Shown here piece by piece: positions 1 through 9,145 of a stretch of DNA of 47,835 bases. Each line of letters opens with the position of its first letter. Positions within the stretch are counted from its first letter, which is position 1. A program made the translations under genes and the position numbers. The notes below the pieces were generated by a model. The model saw only the letters and a program-made list of their open reading frames with translations. It did not search any database and was not told the DNA's origin. The stretch is from an uncultured Collinsella sp. GTDB lineage: Bacteria > Actinomycetota > Coriobacteriia > Coriobacteriales > Coriobacteriaceae. The stretch covers positions 1 through 47,835 of the forward strand of contig CABSNA010000001.1 of NCBI GenBank assembly GCA_902478865.1. Direction: 5' to 3'.

Positions 1-1
1 A

Positions 2-1282
2 CTATTCCCAACTCCATTGGCCGTTCTGGAAAATCACAACTTCACGTCCATCAGGCGTAATGCCCACAATATCGATGTCGTCCGTGCCGATCATAAAATC
101 GACGTGCGTGCTCGAGACGTTAACACCATGCTCCAGGAGCTCCTCCTTGGACATGTCGTACCCACCCTCGATGCATTCGGGGAAACCGACACCTAGCGCG
201 AGATGGCAGCTAGCGTTCTCGTCATAGAGCGTATCGTAGAACAGAACACCACTTTCGCGGATCGGCGTGTTCTTGGAAATGAGCGCGACCTCTCCCAGGT
301 GAGCAGCGCCCTCGTCAGTATCGATGATACTTGCGAGCGTTGCCTTGCCCACGCGGGCGTCGTAGTCCACCACGCGGCCGCCCTCGAACTTAATCCAAAA
401 TTCGTCGACTTTATTACCGTGGTGGATGAGCGGCATGGCCGAGTACACGATACCGTCGGCGCGCATGCGATCGGGCGAAGTGAAGACTTCCTCGGTGGGA
501 ATGTTGGGGAAGAAGGGGTGCCCATCGGGCGTCTTGCCCTTGCCGCCGGCCCACTCGTGACCCTTCGTCATGCCAATCGTCAGATCGGTTCCATTTGCCG
601 CGGTGTAATGCAGGCAGTCGAAACGATTGTCGTTCAGGAAACGCAGGTTCTTTTCGAATGCGGCGTCATGGAGCTCCCAGGCGCTCTCTGGGTCCTGGCC
701 ATCGGCGCGAGCGGTGTGCAGAATCGCATTCCACAGCTTATAGATTGCAACCTCATCGGCGTCTCCCGGGAACACCTCGCGCGCCCAAGCCACGACCGGA
801 GCGCCGGCGATGCACCACGGATTGATGTTGTAATCCAGTCCACGGCGGAAAACTTTGCACTGCGTGTTCTTTGCCTTAGAAGCTGCAGCGGGCTTAGCGG
901 GATCGATGCCCTTAAGGGCGGCGGGGTCCGCACCCTCGATAAAGATAAAGCAGGCACCGTCCTGGGCCAGGGAATCCAGCTGCAGGCGCTTCCACTCGGG
1001 CGTCTGCTCAAAATAGCTTTTCTCGACATGCTCGTACGTGAGCCTCGTCACGGCATCATCGGCCCAGATGACCGTCACGTGGCCGGCGCCGGCAGCATAG
1101 GCCTCCGCGACCACCACGCGCGCAAACGGCGCGCACTCAACCGGAGACTGAACGACGACTTCCTGGCCGGGCTTAACGTTTACGCCCTTGCGGACAACCA
1201 GGCGCGCATAGTTTTTAATCTTGGGCTCCAGGGACTTCATACCCTCCAGGGCCTCTTCGACCGTCAGGGCAGCTCGAATCAT
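2..1282 (-). CDS. M29 family aminopeptidase (AmpS/PepS/aminopeptidase T type)
   Basis: Motifs NIPTEEVFT, LGEVAL, LYDENASCHLALG and NVSSTHVDFMIG. ATG at 1282 chosen because GGAG lies just upstream; the ORF track starts at 1294. Confidence 0.9.
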   Translation of the reverse strand: MIRAALTVEEALEGMKSLEPKIKNYARLVVRKGVNVKPGQEVVVQSPVECAPFARVVVAEAYAAGAGHVTVIWADDAVTRLTYEHVEKSYFEQTPEWKRLQLDSLAQDGACFIFIEGADPAALKGIDPAKPAAASKAKNTQCKVFRRGLDYNINPWCIAGAPVVAWAREVFPGDADEVAIYKLWNAILHTARADGQDPESAWELHDAAFEKNLRFLNDNRFDCLHYTAANGTDLTIGMTKGHEWAGGKGKTPDGHPFFPNIPTEEVFTSPDRMRADGIVYSAMPLIHHGNKVDEFWIKFEGGRVVDYDARVGKATLASIIDTDEGAAHLGEVALISKNTPIRESGVLFYDTLYDENASCHLALGVGFPECIEGGYDMSKEELLEHGVNVSSTHVDFMIGTDDIDIVGITPDGREVVIFQNGQWSWE

Positions 1283-1310
1283 GTGCCACTCCATCTATCT
1301 ATAGAACAGT

Positions 1311-1341
1311 AAAAAGGCGCGCCGCAAAAACGACGCGCCTT
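1311..1341 (-). terminator. Intrinsic terminator-like hairpin downstream of the 1372-1947 gene
   Basis: Imperfect stem aaggcgcgccg / cgacgcgcctt with an A run on + (U tract on -). Confidence 0.6.
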
Positions 1342-1371
1342 ATATCTTAGCGATAAGTATGTATGCAAACG

Positions 1372-1947
1372 CTACTTCTTCTTGGAGTCCTTCTTGTCCT
1401 CCTCGGCAGCTGCGCGCTCGATAAGAGCGTTGAGCTTGTTCTCGGACATGCCCTCGGCCTGCGCGCGGTACATGTTGCGCAAGGGACGAATACGAGCGAA
1501 GTCGTAGATAAAGTCACCTAGGATGATGACATAGGACAAAACGATGCCGACCATCTGGACAGGGCTGGACACCATGCCAGCGGGAGCGAAGTACAGCGAG
1601 GCCCAAATTGCCACGACGAGCACCATGCCAATGGCGAGCACAATCCACCAGATACGACGGCGCTTGGTGTAGTCCTCGTCCTGCTTGAGGAGGATATTCG
1701 ACACCGTATAGATGCGGTCCTCCTTGGCGCGCTGCTTAGCCTTGCGGGCGCGCTTCTCCTCTTTAGAGAGGCCCTCGAGGTTCTCGCCCTTCTCGAGCTC
1801 TTTGCGGCGTGCCTTAGACGAAGCCGGCACGACGCGAACGGAGCTCGCTGCTTGGCGGGCGGGCTTAGCAGATGCGGCAGACTTGCGCGCAACCCCGGTA
1901 ACTTCGTGGGATTGCGTGCGCTTGTTCGTGGCGCTACGGGTACTCAC
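1372..1947 (-). CDS. Hypothetical membrane protein (basic N-terminus, two TM helices)
   Basis: 191-aa ORF abutting the purC stop. Hydrophobic segments IWWIVLAIGMVLVVAIWASLY and MVGIVLSYVIILG. Confidence 0.8.
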   Translation of the reverse strand: MSTRSATNKRTQSHEVTGVARKSAASAKPARQAASSVRVVPASSKARRKELEKGENLEGLSKEEKRARKAKQRAKEDRIYTVSNILLKQDEDYTKRRRIWWIVLAIGMVLVVAIWASLYFAPAGMVSSPVQMVGIVLSYVIILGDFIYDFARIRPLRNMYRAQAEGMSENKLNALIERAAAEEDKKDSKKK

Positions 1948-2844
1948 TTATGCGTTCTCCTTCATGCTTGTGAACTGGGAGCCCGTGATGATCTGGAAGG
2001 CCTCGCGATAGCGCTCGGACGTGCCATCGATGACCTCGGCGGGCAGGTGCGGGGTCTCCCCCGTCATATCCCAGTTGGCCTTGAGCCAATTGCGGACGAA
2101 TTGCTTGTCGTAGCTAGGCTGGATCTTGCCCTCCTCGTAGCTGGCAGCAGGCCAGAAACGGCTGGAGTCGGGCGTGAGACACTCGTCGATCAGCGTGACC
2201 TTGCCATCAATAACACCAAACTCGAACTTGGTGTCGGCAATGATGATGCCACGGGTCGCGGCGTACTCGGCGGCAGCCTTGTAGATCTTGAGGGAAAGGT
2301 CGCGAATCTGCGTGGCGATGTCCTCGCCCACGATCTCGCAGCAACGCTCGAACGAGATGTTCTCGTCGTGGTCACCGATCTCGGCCTTCGTGGACGGCGT
2401 GAACAGCGGCTCAGGAAGCTTGGAAGCCTCGGTCAGGCCCTCAGGCAGCTGGATGCCGCAGACGGTGCCGTTCTCGCCGTAGGTCTTCTTGCCCGAACCG
2501 GTCAGATAGCCGCGGACGATGCACTCGATAGGAATCGTCTGGGCCTTCTTAACCAGCATGGCGCGGCCAGCGAGGTAGTCACGATACTCAGCAAACTCCT
2601 CGGGGAAATCCGCCGGGTCGATGGAAACGAGATGGTTGGGGACGATGTCGGCAAACTTATCGAACCAGAATGCCGAGATGCGATTGAGTACCTCTCCCTT
2701 AAACGGAATCTCGTCGGGAAGAATGAAGTCGAACGCAGAAATGCGGTCGGTGGCGACCATCAGCAGGTTTTCACCGGCATCGTAAATATCACGAACCTTG
2801 CCACGGGAATCCGGACGACGCTCCATCGTTGTCACGTGAGTCAC
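1948..2844 (-). CDS. purC: SAICAR synthase
   Basis: GKVRDIY, DRISAFD, PIECIVRGY, IIADTKFEFG, DECLTPDSSRFW and DKQFVR motifs. Confidence 0.97.
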   Translation of the reverse strand: MTHVTTMERRPDSRGKVRDIYDAGENLLMVATDRISAFDFILPDEIPFKGEVLNRISAFWFDKFADIVPNHLVSIDPADFPEEFAEYRDYLAGRAMLVKKAQTIPIECIVRGYLTGSGKKTYGENGTVCGIQLPEGLTEASKLPEPLFTPSTKAEIGDHDENISFERCCEIVGEDIATQIRDLSLKIYKAAAEYAATRGIIIADTKFEFGVIDGKVTLIDECLTPDSSRFWPAASYEEGKIQPSYDKQFVRNWLKANWDMTGETPHLPAEVIDGTSERYREAFQIITGSQFTSMKENA

Positions 2845-2944
2845 TCCTTACCTAAATACGACAGAAATGCGGGTTCTTTCCCGCATGTTTTCGCAAACTC
2901 GGAGCGGCAGGGACGCGGCCCCTCCTTCACCGAATAGCGAAAAG

Positions 2945-4510
2945 CTAGTGCTCCATTGTAGTAGATGCCGCGTCTGCCGTGTGCTCGCGGGGCAGATGAA
3001 TTGTAAAAGTCGTACCCTTTCCAAGCTCCGACTCCACGGATATGTAGCCATGGTGACGCTCGACGATCTGCTTGGTCACGGCGAGGCCAACGCCCAGGCC
3101 GCCAGCTTCGCGGGCGCGGCTGGCATCGGCGCGCCAAAACCGCCCGAAGATGCGCGACAGATCGTCCTTGGCAATACCGATGCCGGTATCAGAAACGGCA
3201 ATGCTGACGTGCTTGCGGTCACTGAGCACCGACACCACGACCCAACCGCCCCCGGGGGTGTAGCGCATGGCGTTGCTCATGAGGTTGATAACACATTGCG
3301 TGATCATGTCGGGATCGGCCTCGACGACATCGTCGTGACCCTGGGTCTCGTCCGCAAAACGCAGGCGCAGATCGCGGTCGACAAACAGGCGCTCCTGGGC
3401 ATTGACGATGGAACGCACGAAAGGAACCATGTCCACCGGCTCAAGGTTGAGCGGAGCCGTGCTGTTTTCCATGCGCGACAGGTCGAGCATCTGCTGCACC
3501 AGACGAGCCAGGCGGCGCGTCTCGGAAGCAACGGTCTCCAAATGCTCATCGTCGGTGGGATACACGCCATCCTGCATGGCCTCGACCGTTGCGAGCATGG
3601 CCATAAGCGGCGTGCGAAGCTCGTGTGCAACGTCTGAGGTCAGGAGCTTCTCGTGTTTCATATCCTTCTCGAGAGAAGTGGCCATCTCATCGAAGGTCTC
3701 ACCCAGCTGATCGATCTCGTCATCACCGCGCAGTCCCGTGCGAGCCGACAGGTCGCCGTCACGGATTTGCTTTGCGGTACTGGTGATGCGATGAATCGGC
3801 TTGGTGAGCATGCGCGACACGAGCGATCCGATAACGACCGAAATGCAAATTGCAACAACCGCGGCGAGGGCCATGGCGTTAAAGGTCTTCTCCCTAAACG
3901 CAGAGTCCGCCTTGGTGAGCAGAGCGTCGGAGCCGATGGCCCACAGCTTTACCTGTCCGACATGCTCGCCGGAAGACGTTACAATCTCGACGTTAGCAAC
4001 GCTATCGGAGTCGGTTGGAGCAGACGAGACCGGACTATGCGATGCCCTCTTGCCGCTCGTGTCGTCGGTCGTAGCCTGGTTTTCGCGTACATCGGCGGTG
4101 GTGCTTGCCGAGGGCCAGGAATCGTCATAAACGATCACGCCCTTTTTATTGACGACCTGCATACCCAGATCGTCGGAAACCAAACTCGACGTTGCGACCG
4201 TGCGCAGTTCTCCCGCGGTCCAAGAGCCGTTTTCCTCATATGAGGTTGCCAACTTCTCGGCAGCGGAATTTGCGATTTCGACGATATTGGAGCGTGTGTA
4301 ATCCGAAAAGACCGTGCCCCACACAACAGAGACAACGCCCACCAGCACCAATACCGTCATGAGCGATGTCAGAGCAAAAGCAAGTGCCATGCGCGAGGGA
4401 TAGCTCATCGTTGGCCGTGAATCGGAACGAGGCGTGTTCCAACTAGCCTTGGAACCCGCCTCGCTCTCCTGCTTGTGCTTTTGTCCGATTTCAAAGCGCG
4501 CAGGTGTCAT
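2945..4510 (-). CDS. HAMP-domain sensor histidine kinase (BaeS-like)
   Basis: Two TM segments, HAMP (DEIDQLGETFDEM), H-box DVAHELRTPL, N-box NLMSNAMRY, G boxes DTGIGI and GGLGVGL. Confidence 0.95.
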   Translation of the reverse strand: MTPARFEIGQKHKQESEAGSKASWNTPRSDSRPTMSYPSRMALAFALTSLMTVLVLVGVVSVVWGTVFSDYTRSNIVEIANSAAEKLATSYEENGSWTAGELRTVATSSLVSDDLGMQVVNKKGVIVYDDSWPSASTTADVRENQATTDDTSGKRASHSPVSSAPTDSDSVANVEIVTSSGEHVGQVKLWAIGSDALLTKADSAFREKTFNAMALAAVVAICISVVIGSLVSRMLTKPIHRITSTAKQIRDGDLSARTGLRGDDEIDQLGETFDEMATSLEKDMKHEKLLTSDVAHELRTPLMAMLATVEAMQDGVYPTDDEHLETVASETRRLARLVQQMLDLSRMENSTAPLNLEPVDMVPFVRSIVNAQERLFVDRDLRLRFADETQGHDDVVEADPDMITQCVINLMSNAMRYTPGGGWVVVSVLSDRKHVSIAVSDTGIGIAKDDLSRIFGRFWRADASRAREAGGLGVGLAVTKQIVERHHGYISVESELGKGTTFTIHLPREHTADAASTTMEH

Positions 4511-4521
4511 ATGTGATTTCC

Positions 4522-5244
4522 CTATTTCTCGTCCGACTTATCGGTCTTGGCCAGAGCCTCGAAGCGATAGCCGACACCATGGACGGTGTAGAGCCACTTG
4601 GGCTTCTTGGGATCATCGCCCAGCTTGGCGCGAAGATTCTTCACGTGGCTATCGATGGTGCGCTCATAGCCCTCAAAGTCATACCCGAGCACTTTCTCGA
4701 CCAGCTCCATGCGGTTATACACACGGCCGGGATGGCGGGCAAGCGTGGTGAGCAGCTTGAACTCGGAAGCCGTCAGATCGACTTCCTTGCCCTCGACCAA
4801 GATCTTGTGGCCCGAGATATCGATGACCAGATCGCCGAAGTCGAGCACCTCGACGGCGGGCTCGTCGGCCTGATGGGCACGGCGGAACAGAGCGCGAACG
4901 CGGGCGACGAGCTCGCGCGGCGAGAACGGCTTAATCAGATAGTCGTCAGCGCCGAGCTCAAGACCGATAATACGGTCCTCGATTTCGCCCTTAGCCGTCA
5001 GCATGATGATGGGGACATCCGAGGTATCGCGAATGGTGCGGCAAACGCGCTCGCCGGGGATCTTGGGGAGCATAAGGTCGAGCACGACCAGGTCGAACTG
5101 ATGCTTCTCGAACTCCTCGATCGCGGACTGACCGTCGCCGACGCCCACAACCCAGTAGCCTTCGCGCTCGAGATAGGCAGCGACGGCGTCACGGATTGCC
5201 TTCTCATCCTCGACCAGCAGAATCTTTTTTGCATCTGAAGCCAT
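4522..5244 (-). CDS. OmpR/PhoB family response regulator
   Basis: ILLVEDE, LDLMLP, GADDYLIKPF and wHTH RTIDSHVKNLRAKL...TVHGVGYRF. Confidence 0.96.
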   Translation of the reverse strand: MASDAKKILLVEDEKAIRDAVAAYLEREGYWVVGVGDGQSAIEEFEKHQFDLVVLDLMLPKIPGERVCRTIRDTSDVPIIMLTAKGEIEDRIIGLELGADDYLIKPFSPRELVARVRALFRRAHQADEPAVEVLDFGDLVIDISGHKILVEGKEVDLTASEFKLLTTLARHPGRVYNRMELVEKVLGYDFEGYERTIDSHVKNLRAKLGDDPKKPKWLYTVHGVGYRFEALAKTDKSDEK

Positions 5245-5398
5245 AACACGGCCCCCCCTGTCTCAATTAGCTAAGAACAAGCCCATTTTAACGCACCTGA
5301 GCCCGCCGGATGCCGCTATGACGCGGCAGCTCGGCGGGCGGTACTCACAATTACAACGCGTTTATTCCCCTGTTGGCGCCTTTTTAACCCCTCTAAGC

Positions 5399-6610
5399 TT
5401 AAAGAGAGAATAGGCGTGCAGTGACTGTCTCTGGTATACCCTGGCTGTTGCGCACCGTGGCGTACGTAAGGAATGAGTCCGACTTTCCCGCCGTAGCTGG
5501 ATAATCGCCATACTCCAAAGCGCGGTCGGGCGACAGCAGCGAGCCATAGGTCTTGGCAGAGGTGTCGATCAGGAAATGCGACGCCTGTACCTTAACAAGG
5601 TATTTATTCTTCTTGCCAGCCGCACATGCGAGCGGCTCGCGTGACAGAAAGAGGTACGGCCCTCCCTCATTACCAATATACGTGCCCATGTTGCCCAGGC
5701 TGCCCACGCCACTATAGGTCGCCTCGATAGAAAACACGAAGGTATCGCCCATATATACGGCCTCGAAAGGCGAGACTGACGAGGGAAGGACTAGCTGGGC
5801 ACGCTTGGTGTTGTTGCCGTCGGTCAGATCGATTGCCGTTATGCCGTAGTAGACGCCCTCGTCGTTGCGGACACGCGGCGAGATGGTCAAAATGCCGTCG
5901 CTCGCGCGCGGGGCCGATGCAAAGCGACCCGTCGATTTCCAAATTGTCTCGGCCTTGGATTCATCAAGCGAGCGACGATAGCAAAACGAATCGCTACTCG
6001 TTTTATTGCCACCTGCCGAGGGCATTTTATACCAGATGACTGATGACCCGAACGCCGTAAACAGCGGCGGATCATAGTCCTTGCCACCTCGATCGAGCTC
6101 AACCACGTCGCCAGAGAGCGAAGCGCCCGACAGATTTTGACCGTAGAGCTTCCACGATGAATTGGCAAAGTTCATCTCAACCCACGCGAATACGCTGTCG
6201 CCGGCACGGACATCGTAGAATGCATATCCCGTGCCCTCGATAGGATCCTCGATTAATGTGGTAAGCGAGCCATCGCCCAGGTTGAGCACACCGAGTGTGT
6301 TGGCGTGCAGTGCCGATGCGGGCGCCATCATCGCCGCGGCGTAATCGCCGTCGCAGTAGTACAGCAGCGTACCCAGAGGCAGCGTCCATGACGCCGCCGG
6401 CTCAAGATCGATGTCGACTGCCTCGTACTCATCCGTAATCGAGATGATTTTGGAATCATCCTTGATAACCTGCGGCTCGCCGGCGGCATCATCGCTGGTA
6501 CCCGTTTTTTTCGAGCATCCGGCAAGCACCGTGGCAGCGCCCGCAGCAACCCCACCGAGCACGAAGCCGCGACGCGATATTCCGTTCTTGATGTGATCGG
6601 CGATACCCAT
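5399..6610 (-). CDS. Tat-exported lipoprotein of unknown function
   Basis: Twin-arginine motif SRRGFV, hydrophobic stretch and lipobox LAGC. Start overlaps the upstream stop (TAATG). Confidence 0.8.
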   Translation of the reverse strand: MGIADHIKNGISRRGFVLGGVAAGAATVLAGCSKKTGTSDDAAGEPQVIKDDSKIISITDEYEAVDIDLEPAASWTLPLGTLLYYCDGDYAAAMMAPASALHANTLGVLNLGDGSLTTLIEDPIEGTGYAFYDVRAGDSVFAWVEMNFANSSWKLYGQNLSGASLSGDVVELDRGGKDYDPPLFTAFGSSVIWYKMPSAGGNKTSSDSFCYRRSLDESKAETIWKSTGRFASAPRASDGILTISPRVRNDEGVYYGITAIDLTDGNNTKRAQLVLPSSVSPFEAVYMGDTFVFSIEATYSGVGSLGNMGTYIGNEGGPYLFLSREPLACAAGKKNKYLVKVQASHFLIDTSAKTYGSLLSPDRALEYGDYPATAGKSDSFLTYATVRNSQGIPETVTARLFSL

Positions 6611-6873
6611 TAGGCGATCTCGGCGCGAGCGGCCTCGATAGCGCGTGTAAGCTGGTCGGCGCAGGAGGTCTTTTTCATACCGCAGGTATTACCGGCGAGA
6701 ACCTCGATTACGCGATCGGCAGGAGCGCCCTCGACCAGCTTGGAGATAGCCTTGAGATTGCCGTCGCAGCCGCCGGTAAACTCAACGCCCATCACCTTGT
6801 TGCCGTCATCGGAAAGGTCAAGGTGAATATTGCGAGCACAAACGCCCTGAGGCTTGTAATCAAACGAAATCAT
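6610..6873 (-). CDS. TSCPD-domain protein (TIGR03905 type)
   Basis: GVCA..GGCDGN..CGMKKTSCADQL four-Cys pattern. Confidence 0.85.
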   Translation of the reverse strand: MISFDYKPQGVCARNIHLDLSDDGNKVMGVEFTGGCDGNLKAISKLVEGAPADRVIEVLAGNTCGMKKTSCADQLTRAIEAARAEIA

Positions 6874-6937
6874 GCGATCCCCTCTCAGAATGTTATTCGA
6901 GACGACTATTATCCCCGTCTTTCCCTAAATGCAACGA

Positions 6938-6980
6938 GGCGCTTTGCCGGCAACACACATTACCAGCAAAGCGCCCTAAA
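6938..6980 (-). terminator. Terminator-like hairpin after purB
   Basis: Inverted repeat ggcgctttgc / gcaaagcgcc. Confidence 0.45.
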
Positions 6981-7001
6981 AAGCTAACGTTATGCCCGAA
7001 C

Positions 7002-8348
7002 CTACTCGAAGCTCAGCTGCTCCAGGCGATCGAAGACCGTGTCGATACGGGTGAGGAAGTCCCACGGATCAAAGATCTCGTCGAGTTTCTCCTGGCTGAC
7101 GGTGCAGCGCGGATCGGCCTCGAGACGCTCCTTAAAGGTAGGGCCGGAGACACAATCCTGTACCTCGTGCCAGGTTGCCATGGCGTTCTCCTGCACAATG
7201 GCGTACGCGTCCTCGCGGGTGATGCCCGTGTCGACGAGGGCGAGCAGGACCTTGGAGGAGAAGATGAGGCCGCGTGTCTTGTTGAGGTTGGCCATCATGC
7301 GAGCGGGATACAGCTGCAGGCCGTCGATAACGCGGATGAGGCACTGGAACATGTGGTCGAGGGCGATGAAGCTGTCGGCCTGGGCGACGCGCTCGGCAGA
7401 GGAGTGCGAAATGTCACGCTCGTGCCACAGGGCGACGTTGTCGAAGGCAACCTGCGCGTTGGCCTTCACGACGCGCGACAGGCCGCAGACCTTCTCCATG
7501 GTGATGGGGTTGCGCTTGTGCGGCATGGCGGAGCTGCCCTTTTGACCCTTACGGAACGGTTCCTCGGCCTCGAGTGTATCGGTCTTCTGCAGATTGCGAA
7601 CCTCGGTAGCGATGCGCTCACAGGTGGCCGCGGTGGTGGCGAGAACGCCGGCGAGATAGGCATGGTGATCGCGGCTGATGACCTGCGTGGACAGAGGATC
7701 GTGGACCAGGCCCAGGTGCTCGCAGACGTACTCCTCGACGAACGGCTCGATGGAGCTGTACGTGCCGACAGCGCCCGAGATAGCACCGAAGGCAACGTTC
7801 TTGCGGGCATCCTCAAGACGGTCCAGATCGCGCTTGAGCTCCCAGGCCCAAGAGCCAAACTTCATGCCGAAGGTCATCGGCTCGGCATGGATGCCATGAG
7901 TACGGCCGGCGCAGAGCGTGTTGCGCTCCTCAAAGGCGCGACGCTTGCAAATCTCGCCGAGCTTCTTGACATCCTCGATGATCAGGTCGCAGGCCTGGGT
8001 GAGCTGGTAGCACAGGGCCGTGTCGCCCAGATCGGAGCTGGTCATGCCATAGTGAACCCAGCGGCTGGGTTTGGGGTCGCCCTCGGGAACATCGGCATCG
8101 ATGTATTCCTTCATGTTGGTCAGGAAGGCAATGACGTCGTGGCGCGTGACTTCCTCGATCTCATCGACCTTCGCCTTCTCAAAGTTGGCATGGTCGCGGA
8201 TCCACTGGGCCTCGTCTTTGGAAATACCGATCTTGCCGAGCTCCGCCTGGGCCTCGCAGGCCAAGACCTCGATCTCCTGCCAAATGGCGTACTTGTTCTC
8301 GAGGGAGAAAATGTGTCCCATCTCCGGGCGGGTATAGCGATCGATCAT
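7002..8348 (-). CDS. purB: Adenylosuccinate lyase
   Basis: Start MIDRY after AAGGAG; RHDVIAF, TSSD, GRTHGIHAEP and the fumarase/ASL signature GSSAMPHKRNP. Confidence 0.97.
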   Translation of the reverse strand: MIDRYTRPEMGHIFSLENKYAIWQEIEVLACEAQAELGKIGISKDEAQWIRDHANFEKAKVDEIEEVTRHDVIAFLTNMKEYIDADVPEGDPKPSRWVHYGMTSSDLGDTALCYQLTQACDLIIEDVKKLGEICKRRAFEERNTLCAGRTHGIHAEPMTFGMKFGSWAWELKRDLDRLEDARKNVAFGAISGAVGTYSSIEPFVEEYVCEHLGLVHDPLSTQVISRDHHAYLAGVLATTAATCERIATEVRNLQKTDTLEAEEPFRKGQKGSSAMPHKRNPITMEKVCGLSRVVKANAQVAFDNVALWHERDISHSSAERVAQADSFIALDHMFQCLIRVIDGLQLYPARMMANLNKTRGLIFSSKVLLALVDTGITREDAYAIVQENAMATWHEVQDCVSGPTFKERLEADPRCTVSQEKLDEIFDPWDFLTRIDTVFDRLEQLSFE

Positions 8349-8450
8349 AGCGGCTCCTTTTTGGTTATTGGCACGTTGGTCGTAACCCATCCATTGTACC
8401 GTGCGCAGGTGCAAGTATGGGCAGCAGGCATTAACCTAACATTTTGGAAT

Positions 8451-8791
8451 TGGAGCGAGCAACGGGACGTCTGCGCCTTTGCTTTGCAAATCCGCACCGG
8501 CTGCGGTCGATCTCCTCGGATTCACGGAGACGATGGGGAAGACTTTGTTGAATTGGCCGTCCCGAGGTCTTCTGTGCTCCATGGAGCGGGCAACGGGACA
8601 TCCGCGTATTTGCTTCGCAAATCCGCACCGGCTTCAGGCGCCTGTCGGCGCCTTCGCCTGCTCGCTACAAACGCTTCGCGTTTGCTTTACGCTCGCACCC
8701 TGTCGGGTTCGAGTCCCGGCGCTTTATTGAAAAAAGCACGGCACCGTAATGGTGCCGTGCTTGTGCTTCTAGCTGGAGCGGGCAACGGGAC
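8451..8791 (-). repeat. tRNA-linked repeats: two extra copies of the tRNA-Gly 3' end
   Basis: tggagcgggcaacgggac at 8774-8791 (tRNA), 8582-8599 (identical) and 8451-8468 (1 mismatch). 8451-8502 and 8582-8633 match at 46 of 52 nt. Confidence 0.9.
8730..8762 (-). terminator. Intrinsic terminator after tRNA-Gly
   Basis: Perfect 12-bp stem aagcacggcacc / ggtgccgtgctt with a U tract on the minus strand. Confidence 0.85.
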
Positions 8792-8848
8792 TCGAACCCG
8801 CGAGTGTCAGCTTGGGAAGCTGATGCCTTACCACTTGGCGATGCCCGC
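8774..8848 (-). tRNA. tRNA-Gly (anticodon CCC)
   Basis: GCGGGCA...TCAGC-TTCCCAA-GCTGA...GGTTCGAGTCCC...TGCCCGC-TCCA folds as a 75-nt cloverleaf with encoded CCA. Confidence 0.98.
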
Positions 8849-8861
8849 TTGTGTGTTGGCT

Positions 8862-8891
8862 AGTATAACGCGGTTGTCTTGTTCGATACAA
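8862..8891 (-). promoter_or_regulatory. Probable sigma70-type promoter of tRNA-Gly
   Basis: Minus strand TTGTAT (8891-8886), 18 bp spacer, TATACT (8867-8862). Confidence 0.55.
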
Positions 8892-9145
8892 GGGTGGTGA
8901 TGCTTGTTTTAGCTGTGGAGATTCGTTTGAAAATCACGCCAATTGTGGAGACGAGGACCTTTGACTTCCTGTTCTCTCTATCTTCTACCTGCACTTTTGC
9001 TTGATTGTTGTATTTGAGCTCAATTTGTCAGGAATTGGGCAAGCTTTTGGTCAGGCTCCGGTACTTACCCGCATGAACCTCGGGGGTAGCCTCATCCTAC
9101 GCGTCGCAGCCTCCCCGTGCGGCGCACGAGGGATAAGGAGCAGCC

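Noticed and set aside
5301..5339. GC-rich imperfect hairpin upstream of the response regulator
   Set aside because: No U tract or recognisable riboswitch features; nothing supports more than a generic intergenic stem.
8690..8725. A second, plus-strand tRNA suggested by GGTTCGAGTCCC
   Set aside because: No acceptor stem, D-arm or CCA around it; it is only an inverted T-arm copy, reported as a finding.
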